Below are positions 12,601-24,682 of a stretch of 64,000 nt of DNA, piece by piece. Under the pieces are notes generated by a model. The model worked only from the letters and a program-made list of their open reading frames with translations. It ran no database searches and had not been told where the DNA came from. Where the stretch lies: contig OZ024758.1 in NCBI GenBank assembly GCA_964016885.1, forward strand, positions 37,820,001 to 37,884,000. The letters run 5' to 3'. The stretch comes from Eledone cirrhosa (Eukaryota). Each line of letters opens with the position of its first letter. Positions within the stretch are counted from its first letter, which is position 1. The translations under genes and the position numbers were made by a program.

Positions 12601-15600
12601 ATTAGCTGTCAGAAGTCACTCCACTGTTGGTGAGAATTCATTTAAGTTCATGGTACTAGCTGTCAGAAGTAACCCCAATGTTGGTGAGAATTCATTTAAG
12701 TTCATGGTATTAGCTGTCAGAAGTCACTCCAATGTTGGTGAGAATTCATTTAAGTTCATGGTATTAACTGTCAGAAGTAACTCCACTGTTGGTGAGAATT
12801 CATTTAAGTTCATGGTATTAGCTGTCAGAAGTAACTCCACTGTTGGTGAGAATTCATTTAAGTTCATGGTATTAGCTGTCAGAAGTAACTCCGCTGTTGG
12901 TGAGAATTCATTTAAGTCATGGTATTAGCTGTCAGAAGTAACTCCAATGTTGGTGAGAATTCATTTAAGTTCATGGTATTAGCTGTCAGAAGTAACTCCA
13001 CTGTTGGTGAGAATTCATTTAAGTTCATGGTATTAGCTGTCAGAAGTAACTCCACTGTTGGGGAGAATTCATTTAAGTCATGGTATTAGCTGTCAGAAGT
13101 AACTCCAATGTTGGTGAGAATTCATTGAAGTTCATGGTATTAGTTGTCAGAAGTCACTCCACTGTTGGTGAGAATTCATTTAAGTTCATGGTACTAGCTG
13201 TCAGAAGTAACCCCAATGTTGGTGAGAATTCATTTAAGTTCATGGTATTAGCTGTCAGAAGTCACTCCAATGTTGGTGAGAATTCATTTAAGTTCATGGT
13301 ATTAGCTGTCAGAAGTAACTCCACTGTTGGTGAGAATTCATTTAAGTTCATGGTATTAGCTGTCAGAAGTAACTCCACTGTTGGTGAGAATTCATTTAAG
13401 TTCATGGTATTAGCTGTCAGAAGTAACTCCACTGTTGGTGAGAATTCATTTAAGTTCATGGTATTAGCTGTCAGAAGTCACTCCAATGTTGGTGAGAATT
13501 CATTTAAGTCATGGTACTAGCTGTCAGAAGTAACTCCACTGTTGGTGAGAATTCATTTAAGTTCATTGTATTAGCTGTCAGAAGGAACGCCACTGTTGGT
13601 GAGAATTCATTTAAGTTCATGGTATTAGCTGTCAGAAGTAACTCCACTGTTGGTGAGAATTCATTTAAGTTCATGGTACTAGCTGTCAGAAGTAACTCCA
13701 ATGTTGGTGAGAATCCATTTAAGTTCATGGTATTAGCTGTCAGAAGGAACTCCACTGTTGCTGAGAATTCATTTAAGTTCATGGTATTAGCTGTCAGAAG
13801 TAACTCCACTGTTGGTGAGAATTCATTTAAGTTCATGGTACTAGCTGTCAGAAGTCACTCCACTGTTGGTGAGAATACATTTAAGTTCATGGTACTAGCT
13901 GTCAGAAGTAACCCCAATGTTGGTGAGAATTCATTTAAGTTCATGGTATTAGCTGTCAGAAGTCACTCCAATGTTGGTGAGAATTCATTTAAGTTCATGG
14001 TATTAGCTGTCAGAAGTAACTCCACTGTTGGTAAGAATTCATTTAAGTTCATGGTATTAGCTGTCAGAAGTAACTCCACTGTTGGTGAGAATTCATTTAA
14101 GTTCATGGTATTAGCTGTCAGAAGGAACGCCACTGTTGGTGAGAATTCATTTAAGTTCATGGTATTAGCTGTCAGAAGTAACTCCACTGTTGGTGAGAAT
14201 TCATTTAAGTTCATGGTACTAGCTGTCAGAAGTAACTCCACTGTTGGTGAGAATTCATTTAAGTTCATGGTATTAGCTGTCAGAAGTCACTCCAATGTTG
14301 GTGAGAATTCATTTAAGTTCATGGTATTAGCTGTCAGAAGTCACTCCACTGTTGGTGAGAATTCATTTAAGTTCATGGTACTAGCTGTCAGAAGTAACCC
14401 CAATGTTGGTGAGAATTCATTTAAGTTCATGGTATTAGCTGTCAGAAGTCACTCCAATGTTGGTGAGAATTCATTTAAGTTCATGGTATTAGCTGTCAGA
14501 AGTAACTCCACTGTTGGTGAGAATTCATTTAAGTTCATGGTATTAGCTGTCAGAAGTCACTCCACTGTTGGTGAGAATTCATTTAAGTTCATGGTACTAG
14601 CTGTCAGAAATAACCCCAATGTTGGTGAGAATTCATTTAAGTTCATGGTATTAGCTGTCAGAAGTCACTCCAATGTTGGTGAGAATTCATTTAAGTTCAT
14701 GGTATTAGCTGTCAGAAGTAACTCCACTGTTGGTGAGAATTCATTTAAGTTCATGGTATTAGCTGTCAGAAGTAACTCCACTGTTGGTGAGAATTCATTT
14801 AAGTTCATGGTATTAGCTGTCAGAAGTAACTCCACTGTTGGTGAGAATTCATTTAAGTTCATGGTATTAGCTGTCAGAAGGAACTCCAATGTTGGTGAGA
14901 ATTCATTTAAGTCATGGTACTAGCTGTCAGAAGTAACTCCACTGTTGGTGAGAATTCATTTAAGTTCATGGTATTAGCTGTCAGAAGGAACTCCACTGTT
15001 GGTGAGAATTCATTTAAGTTCATGGTATTAGCTGTCAGAAGTAACTCCACTGTTGGTGAGAATTCATTTAAGTTCATGGTATTAGCTGTCAGAAGTAACT
15101 GCACCGTTGGTGAGAATTCATTTAAGTTCATGGTACTAGCTGTCAGAAGTAACTCCAATGTTGGTGAGAATTCATTTAAGTTCATGGTATTAGCTGTCAG
15201 AAGTAACTCCACTGTTGGTGAGAATTCATTTAAGTTCATGGTATTAGCTGTCAGAAGTAACTCCACTGTTGGTAAGAATTCATTTAAGTTCATGGTATTA
15301 GCTGTCAGAAGTAACTCCACTGTTGGTGAGAATTCATTTAAGTTCATGGTATTAGCTGTCAGAAGGAACGCCACTGTTGGTGAGAATTCATTTAAGTTCA
15401 TGGTATTAGCTGTCAGAAGTAACTCCACTGTTGGTGAGAATTCATTTAAGTTCATGGTACTAGCTGTCAGAAGTAACTCCACTGTTGGTGAGAATTCATT
15501 TAAGTTCATGGTATTAGCTGTCAGAAGTCACTCCAATGTTGGTGAGAATTCATTTAAATTCATGGTATTAGCTGTCAGAAGTCACTCCACGGTTGGTGAG

Positions 15601-15615
15601 AATTCATTTAAGTTC
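5476..15615. repeat. Tandem duplication with 97-monomer (5231 bp) offset; second copy lacks 3 monomers near 14537
   Basis: Pairs 6231/11462, 7849/13080 and 8280/13511 are offset by 5231 = 97x54-7, with 7 deletions counted. Shared rare markers AAGTTGATG, TCCGCTG, TTGGGGAG and CATTGAAG. The offset drops to 5070 at 9844/14914. Confidence 0.9.
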
Positions 15616-17987
15616 ATGGTACTAGCTGTCAGAAGTAACCCCAATGTTGGTGAGAATTCATTTAAGTTCATGGTATTAGCTGTCAGAAGTCACTCCAATG
15701 TCGGTGAGAATTCATTTAAGTTCATGGTATTAGCTGTCAGAAGTAACTCCACTGTTGGTGAGAATTCATTTAAGTTCATGGTATTAGCTGTCAGAAGTAA
15801 CTCCACTGTTGGTGAGAATTCATTTAAGTTCATGGTATTAGCTGTCAGAAGTAACTCCACTGTTGGTGAGAATTCATTTAAGTCATGGTATTAGCTGTCA
15901 GAAGTAACTCCAATGTTGGTGAGAATTCATTTAAGTTCATGGTATTAGCTGTCAGAAGTCACTCCACTGTTGGTGAGAATTCATTTAAGTTCATGGTACT
16001 AGCTGTCAGAAGTAACCCCAATGTTGGTGAGAATTCATTTAAGTTCATGGTATTAGCTGTCAGAAGTCACTCCAATGTTGGTGAGAATTCATTTAAGTTC
16101 ATGGTATTAGCTGTCAGAAGTAACTCCACTGTTGGTGAGAATTCATTTAAGTTCATGGTATTAGCTGTCAGAAGTAACTCCACTGTTGGTGAGAATTCAT
16201 TTAAGTTCATGGTATTAGCTGTCAGAAGTAACTCCACTGTTGGTGAGAATTCATTTAAGTTCATGGTATTAGCTGTCAGAAGGAACTCCAATGTTGGTGA
16301 GAATTCATTTAAGTCATGGTACTAGCTGTCAGAAGTAACTCCACTGTTGGTGAGAATTCATTTAAGTTCATGGTATTAGCTGTCAGAAGGAACTCCACTG
16401 TTGGTGAGAATTCATTTAAGTTCATGGTATTAGCTGTCAGAAGTCACTCCACTGTTGGTGAGAATACATTTAAGTTCATGGTACTAGCTGTCAGAAGTAA
16501 CCCCACTGTTGGTGAGAATTCATTTAAGTTCATGGTATTAGCTGTCAGAAGGAACGCCACTGTTGGTGAGAATTCATTTAAGTTCATGGTATTAGCTGTC
16601 AGAAGTAACTCCACTGTTGGTGAGAATTCATTTAAGTTCATGGTACTAGCTGTCAGAAGTAACTCCAATGTTGGTGAGAATTCATTTAAGTTCATGGTAT
16701 TAGCTGTCAGAAGGAACTCCACTGTTGCTGAGAATTCATTTAAGTTCATGGTATTAGCTGTCAGAAGTAACTCCACTGTTGGTGAGAATTCATTTAAGTT
16801 CATGGTACTAGCTGTCAGAAGTAACTCCACTGTTGGTGAGAATTCATTTAAGTTCATGGTATTAGCTGTCAGAAGTCACTCCAATGTTGGTGAGAATTCA
16901 TTTAAGTTCATGGTATTAGCTGTCAGAAGTCACTCCACTGTTGGTGAGAATTCATTTAAGTTCATGGTACTAGCTGTCAGAAGTAACCCCAATGTTGGTG
17001 AGAATTCATTTAAGTTCATGGTATTAGCTGTCAGAAGTCACTCCAATGTTGGTGAGAATTCATTTAAGTTCATGGTATTAACTGTCAGAAGTAACTCCAC
17101 TGTTGGTGAGAATTCATTTAAGTTCATGGTATTAGCTGTCAGAAGTAACTCCACTGTTGGTGAGAATTCATTTAAGTTCATGGTATTAGCTGTCAGAAGT
17201 AACTCCGCTGTTGGTGAGAATTCATTTAAGTCATGGTATTAGCTGTCAGAAGTAACTCCAATGTTGGTGAGAATTCATTTAAGTTCATGGTATTAGTTGT
17301 CAGAAGTCACTCCACTGTTGGTGAGAATTCATTTAAGTTCATGGTACTAGCTGTCAGAAGTAACCCCAATGTTGGTGAGAATTCATTTAAGTTCATGGTA
17401 TTAGCTGTCAGAAGTCACTCCAATGTTGGTGAGAATTCATTTAAGTTCATGGTATTAGCTGTCAGAAGTAACTCCACTGTTGGTGAGAATTCATTTAAGT
17501 TCATGGTATTAGCTGTCAGAAGTAACTCCACTGTTGGTGAGAATTCATTTAAGTTCATGGTATTAGCTGTCAGAAGTAACTCCACTGTTGGTGAGAATTC
17601 ATTTAAGTTCATGGTATTAGCTGTCAGAAGTCACTCCAATGTTGGTGAGAATTCATTTAAGTCATGGTACTAGCTGTCAGAAGTAACTCCACTGTTGGTG
17701 AGAATTCATTTAAGTTCATTGTATTAGCTGTCAGAAGGAACGCCACTGTTGGTGAGAATTCATTTAAGTTCATGGTATTAGCTGTCAGAAGTAACTCCAC
17801 TGTTGGTGAGAATTCATTTAAGTTCATGGTACTAGCTGTCAGAAGTAACTCCAATGTTGGTGAGAATCCATTTAAGTTCATGGTATTAGCTGTCAGAAGG
17901 AACTCCACTGTTGCTGAGAATTCATTTAAGTTCATGGTATTAGCTGTCAGAAGTAACTCCACTGTTGGTGAGAATTCATTTAAGTTC

Positions 17988-19499
17988 ATGGTACTAGCTG
18001 TCAGAAGTCACTCCACTGTTGGTGAGAATACATTTAAGTTCATGGTACTAGCTGTCAGAAGTAACCCCAATGTTGGTGAGAATTCATTTAAGTTCATGGT
18101 ATTAGCTGTCAGAAGTCACTCCAATGTTGGTGAGAATTCATTTAAGTTCATGGTATTAGCTGTCAGAAGTAACTCCACTGTTGGTAAGAATTCATTTAAG
18201 TTCATGGTATTAGCTGTCAGAAGTAACTCCACTGTTGGTGAGAATTCATTTAAGTTCATGGTATTAGCTGTCAGAAGGAACGCCACTGTTGGTGAGAATT
18301 CATTTAAGTTCATGGTATTAGCTGTCAGAAGTAACTCCACTGTTGGTGAGAATTCATTTAAGTTCATGGTACTAGCTGTCAGAAGTAACTCCACTGTTGG
18401 TGAGAATTCATTTAAGTTCATGGTATTAGCTGTCAGAAGTCACTCCAATGTTGGTGAGAATTCATTTAAGTTCATGGTATTAGCTGTCAGAAGTCACTCC
18501 ACTGTTGGTGAGAATTCATTTAAGTTCATGGTACTAGCTGTCAGAAGTAACCCCAATGTTGGTGAGAATTCATTTAAGTTCATGGTATTAGCTGTCAGAA
18601 GTCACTCCAATGTTGGTGAGAATTCATTTAAGTTCATGGTATTAGCTGTCAGAAGTAACTCCACTGTTGGTGAGAATTCATTTAAGTTCATGGTATTAGC
18701 TGTCAGAAGTAACTCCACTGTTGGTGAGAATTCATTTAAGTTCATGGTACTAGCTGTCAGAAGTCACTCCACTGTTGGTGAGAATACATTTAAGTTCATG
18801 GTTCTAGCTGTCAGAAGTAACCCCAATGTTGGTGAGAATTCATTTAAGTTCATGGTATTAGCTGTCAGAAGTCACTCCAATGTTGGTGAGAATTCATTTA
18901 AGTTCATGGTATTAGCTGTCAGAAGTAACTCCACTGTTGGTAAGAATTCATTTAAGTTCATGGTATTAGCTGTCAGAAGTAACTCCACTGTTGGTGAGAA
19001 TTCATTTAAGTTCATGGTATTAGCTGTCAGAAGGAACGCCACTGTTGGTGAGAATTCATTTAAGTTCATGTTATTAGCTGTCAGAAGTAACTCCACTGTT
19101 GGTGAGAATTCATTTAAGTTCATGGTACTAGCTGTCAGAAGTAACTCCACTGTTGGTGAGAATTCATTTAAGTTCATGGTATTAGCTGTCAGAAGTCACT
19201 CCAATGTTGGTGAGAATTCATTTAAGTTCATGGTATTAGCTGTCAGAAGTCACTCCACTGTTGGTGAGAATTCATTTAAGTTCATGGTACTAGCTGTCAG
19301 AAGTAACCCCAATGTTGGTGAGAATTCATTTAAGTTCATGGTATTAGCTGTCAGAAGTCACTCCAATGTTGGTGAGAATTCATTTAAGTTCATGGTATTA
19401 GCTGTCAGAAGTAACTCCACTGTTGGTGAGAATTCATTTAAGTTCATGGTATTAGCTGTCAGAAGTAACTCCACTGTTGGTGAGAATTCATTTAAGTTC
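17988..19499. repeat. Local tandem duplication of 14 monomers (756 bp x 2)
   Basis: The cHST-GAATACA monomer starts at 17988 and 18744 and is followed by the same monomer order. The second copy has private GTTCTA (18803) and ATGTTA (19071). Confidence 0.88.
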
Positions 19500-21385
19500 A
19501 TGGTATTAGCTGTCAGAAGTAACTCCACTGTTGGTGAGAATTCATTTAAGTCATGGTATTAGCTGTCAGAAGTAACTCCAATGTTGGTGAGAATTCATTT
19601 AAGTTCATGGTATTAGCTGTCAGAAGTCACTCCACTGTTGGTGAGAATTCATTTAAGTTCATGGTACTAGCTGTCAGAAGTAACCCCAATGTTGGTGAGA
19701 ATTCATTTAAGTTCATGGTATTAGCTGTCAGAAGTCACTCCAATGTTGGTGAGAATTCATTTAAGTTCATGGTATTAGCTGTCAGAAGTAACTCCACTGT
19801 TGGTGAGAATTCATTTAAGATCATGGTATTAGCTGTCAGAAGTAACTCCACTGTTGGTGAGAATTCATTTAAGTTCATGGTATTAGCTGTCAGAAGTAAC
19901 TCCACTGTTGGTGAGAATTCATTTAAGTTCATGGTATTAGCTGTCAGAAGGAACTCCAATGTTGGTGAGAATTCATTTAAGTCATGGTACTAGCTGTCAG
20001 AAGTAACTCCACTGTTGGTGAGAATTCATTTAAGTTCATGGGATTAGCTGTCAGAAGGAACTCCACTGTTGGTGAGAATTCATTTAAGTTCATGGTATTA
20101 GCTGTCAGAAGTAACTCCACTGTTGGTGAGAATTCATTTAAGTTCATGGTATTAGCTGTCAGAAGTAACTGCACCGTTGGTGAGAATTCATTTAAGTTCA
20201 TGGTACTAGCTGTCAGAAGTAACTCCAATGTTGGTGAGAATTCATTTAAGTTCATGGTATTAGCTGTCAGAAGTAACTCCACTGTTGGTGAGAATTCATT
20301 TAAGTTCATGGTATTAGCTGTCAGAAGTAACTCCACTGTTGGTAAGAATTCATTTAAGTTCATGGTATTAGCTGTCAGAAGTAACTCCACTGTTGGTGAG
20401 AATTCATTTAAGTTCATGGTATTAGCTGTCAGAAGGAACGCCACTGTTGGTGAGAATTCATTTAAGTTCATGGTATTAGCTGTCAGAAGTAACTCCACTG
20501 TTGGTGAGAATTCATTTAAGTTCATGGTACTAGCTGTCAGAAGTAACTCCACTGTTGGTGAGAATTCATTTAAGTTCATGGTATTAGCTGTCAGAAGTCA
20601 CTCCAATGTTGGTGAGAATTCATTTAAGTTCATGGTATTAGCTGTCAGAAGTCACTCCACGGTTGGTGAGTATTCATTTAAGTTCATGGTACTAGCTGTC
20701 AGAAGTAACCCCAATGTTGGTGAGAATTCATTTAAGTTCATGGTATTAGCTGTCAGAAGTCACTCCAATGTTGGTGAGAATTCATTTAAGTTCATGGTAT
20801 TAGCTGTCAGAAGTAACTCCACTGTTGGTGAGAATTCATTTAAGTTCATGGTATTAGCTGTCAGAAGTAACTCCACTGTTGGTAAGAATTCATTTAAGTT
20901 CATGGTATTAGCTGTCAGAAGTAACTCCACTGTTGGTGAGAATTCATTTAAGTCATGGTATTAGCTGTCAGAAGTAACTCCAATGTTGGTGAGAATTCAT
21001 TTAAGTTCATGGTATTAGCTGTCAGAAGTCACTCCACTGTTGGTGAGAATTCATTTAAGTTCATGGTACTAGCTGTCAGAAGTAACCCCAATGTTGGTGA
21101 GAATTCATTTAAGTTCATGGTATTAGCTGTCAGAAGTCACTCCAATGTTGGTGAGAATTCATTTAAGTTCATGGTATTAGCTGTCAGAAGTAACTCCACT
21201 GTTGGTGAGAATTCATTTAAGTTCATGGTATTAGCTGTCAGAAGTAACTCCACTGTTGGTGAGAATTCATTTAAGTTCATGGTATTAGCTGTCAGAAGTA
21301 ACTCCACTGTTGGTGAGAATTCATTTAAATTCATGGTATTAGCTGTCAGAAGGAACTCCAATGTTGGTGAGAATTCATTTAAGTC

Positions 21386-24300
21386 ATGGTACTAGCTGTC
21401 AGAAGTAACTCCACTGTTGGTGAGAATTCATTTAAGTTCATGGTATTAGCTGTCAGAAGGAACTCCACTGTTGGTGAGAATTCATTTAAGTTCATGGTAC
21501 TAGCTGTCAGAAGTAACTCCACTGTTGGTGAGAATTCATTTAAGTTCATGGTATTAGCTGTCAGAAGTAACTGCACCGTTGGTGAGAATTCATTTAAGTT
21601 CATGGTACTAGCTGTCAGAAGTAACTCCAATGTTGGTGAGAATTCATTTAAGTTCAAGGTATTAGCTGTCAGAAGTAACTCCACTGTTGGTGAGAATTCA
21701 TTTAAGTTCATGGTATTAGCTGTCAGAAGTAACTCCACTGTTGGTGAGAATTCATTTAAGTTCATGGTATTAGCTGTCAGAAGTAACTCCACTGTTGGTG
21801 AGAATTCATTTAAGTTCATTGTACTAGCTGTCAGAAGTAACTCCAATGTTGGTGAGAATTCATTTAAGTTCATGGTATTAGCTGTCAGAAGTAACTCCAC
21901 TGTTGGTGAGAATTCATTTAAGTCATGGTATTAGCTGTCAGAAGTAACTCCACTGTTGGTGAGAATTCATTTAAGTTCATGGTATTAGCTGTCAGAAGTA
22001 ACTCCACTGTTGGTGAGAATTCATTTAAGTTCATGGTACTAGCTGTCAGAAGTAACTCCAATGTTGGTGAGAATTCATTTAAGTTCATGGTATTAGCTGT
22101 CAGAAGTAACTCCACTGTTGGTGAGAATTCATTTAAGTCATGGTATTAGCTGTCAGAAGTAACTCCACTGTTGGTGAGAATTCATTTAAGTTCATGGTAT
22201 TAGCTGTCAGAAGTAACTCCACTGTTGGTGAGAATTCATTTAAGTTCATGGTATTAGCTGTCAGAAGTAACTCCACTGTTGGTGAGAATTCATTTAAGTT
22301 CATGGTATTAGTTTGTCAGAAGTAACTCCACTGTTGGTGAGAATTCATTTAAGTCATAGTATTAGTTGTCAGAAGTAACTCCAATGTTGGTGAGAATTCA
22401 TTTAAGTTCATGGTACTAGCTGTCAGAAGTAACTCCACTGTTGGTGAGAATTCATTTAAGTTCATGGTAATAGCTGTCAGAAGTAACTCCACTGTTGGTG
22501 AGAATTCATTTAAGTCATGGTATTAGCTGTCAGAAGTAACTCCAATGTTGGTGAGAATTCATTTAAGTCATGGTACTAGCTGTCAGAAGTAACTCCAATG
22601 TTGGTGAGAATTCATTTAAGTTCATGGTATTAGCTGTCAGAAGTAACTCCACTGTTGGTGAGAATTCATTTAAGTTCATGGTATTAGCTGTCAGAAGTAA
22701 CTCCACTGTTGGTGAGAATTCATTTAAGTCATGGTATTAGCTGTCAGAAGTAACTCCAATGTTGGTGAGAATTCATTTAAGTTCATGGTATTAGCTGTCA
22801 GAAGTCACTCCACTGTTGGTGAGAATTCATTTAAGTTCATGGTACTAGCTGTCAGAAGTAACCCCAATGTTGGTGAGAATTCATTTAAGTTCATGGTATT
22901 AGCTGTCAGAAGTAACTCCACTGTTGGTGAGAATTCATTTAAGTTCATGGTATTAGCTGTCAGAAGGAACGCCACTGTTGGTGAGAATTCATTTAAGTTC
23001 ATGGTATTAGCTGTCAGAAGTAACTCCACTGTTGGTGAGAATTCATTTAAGTTCATGCTACTAGCTGTCAGAAGGAACGCCACTGTTGGTGAGAATTCAT
23101 TTAAGTTCATGGTATTAGCTGTCAGAAGTAACTCCACTGTTGGTGAGAATTCATTTAAGTGCATGCTACTAGCTGTCAGAAGTAACTCCACTGTTGGTGA
23201 GAATTCATTTAAGTTCATGGTAATAGCTGTCAGAAGTAACTCCACTGTTGGTGAGAATTCATTTAAGTTCATGGTATTAGCTGTCAGAAGTAACTCCACC
23301 GATGGTGAGAATTCATTTAAGTTCATGGTATTAGCTGTCAGAAGTAACTCCACTGTTGGTGAGAATTCATTTAAGTACATGGTATTAGTTTGTCAGAAGT
23401 AACTCCACTGTTGGTGAGAATTCATTTAAGTCATGGTATTAGTTGTCAGAAGTAACTCCAATGTTGGTGAGAATTCATTTAAGTTCATGGTACTAGCTGT
23501 CAGAAGTAACTCCACTGTTGGTGAGAATTCATTTAAGTTCATGGTATTAGCTGTCAGAAGTAACTCCACTGTTGGTGAGAATTCATTTAAGTCATGGTAC
23601 TGGCTGTCAGAAGTAACTCCAATGTTGGTGAGAATTCATTTAAGTTCATGGTATTAGCTGTCAGAAGTAACTCCACTGTTGGTGAGAATTCATTTAAGTT
23701 CATGGTATTAGCTGTCAGAAGTAACTCCACTGTTGGTGAGAATTCATTTAAGTCATGGTATTAGCTGTCAGAAGTAACTCCAATGTTGGTGAGAATTCAT
23801 TTAAGTTCATGGTATTAGCTGTCAGAAGTCACTCCACTGTTGGTGAGAATTCATTTAAGTTCATGGTACTAGCTGTCAGAAGTAACCCCAATGTTGGTGA
23901 GAATTCATTTAAGTTCATGGTATTAGCTGTCAGAAGTCACTCCAATGTTGGTGAGAATTCATTTAAGTTCATGGTATTAGCTGTCAGAAGTAACTCCACT
24001 GTTGGTAAGAATTCATTTAAGTTCATGGTATTAGCTGTCAGAAGTAACTCCACTGTTGTTGAGAATTCATTTAAGTTCACGGTATTAGCTGTCAGAAGTA
24101 ACTCCACTGTTGGTGAGAATTCATTTAAGTTCATGGTACTAGCTGTCAGAAGTAACCCCAATGTTGGTGAGAATTCATTTAAGTTCATGGTATTAGCTGT
24201 CAGAAGTAACTCCATTGTTGGTGAGAATTCATTTAAGTTCATGGTACTAGCTGTCAGAAGTAACTCCAATGTTGGTGAGAATTCATTTAAGTTCATGGTA

Positions 24301-24682
24301 TTAGCTGTCAGAAGGAACTCCACTGTTGCTGAGAATTCATTTAAGTTCATGGTATTAGCTGTCAGAAGTAACTCCACTGTTGGTGAGAATTCATTTAAGT
24401 TCATGGTACTAGCTGTCAGAAGTAACTCCACTGTTGGTGAGAATTCATTTAAGTTCATGGTATTAGCTGTCAGAAGTCACTCCATTGTTGGTGAGAATTC
24501 ATTTAAGTTCATGGTATTAGCTGTCAGAAGTCACTCCACTGTTGGTGAGAATTCATTTAAGTTCATGGTACTAGCTGTCAGAAGTAACCCCAATGTTGGT
24601 GAGAATTCATTTAAGTTCATGGTATAAGCTGTCAGAAGTCACTCCAATGTTGGTGAGAATTCATTTAAGTTCATGGTATTAA
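21386..24682. repeat. Less ordered, more divergent zone of the same satellite
   Basis: Nine deletion-bearing monomers within about 21.9-23.8 kb, two GTTTGTC insertion monomers, and many variants that are rare or absent elsewhere (TTCAAGG, CATAGT, GTAATAG, ATGCTAC, ACCGAT, AGTACAT, TACTGG, GTTGTTGAG, TTCACGG, TCCATTG, GTATAAG). Confidence 0.85.

Larger units (their letters stand above)
2671..20954. repeat. 18-monomer (971 bp) module restricted to the left domain
   Basis: Starts at 2671, 5260, 14914 and 19984, with altered copies at 9844 and 10707. Carries markers AACTGCACCG and TCCACGGTT, and most copies carry AATGTCGG; none seen beyond about 21.6 kb. Confidence 0.85.
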
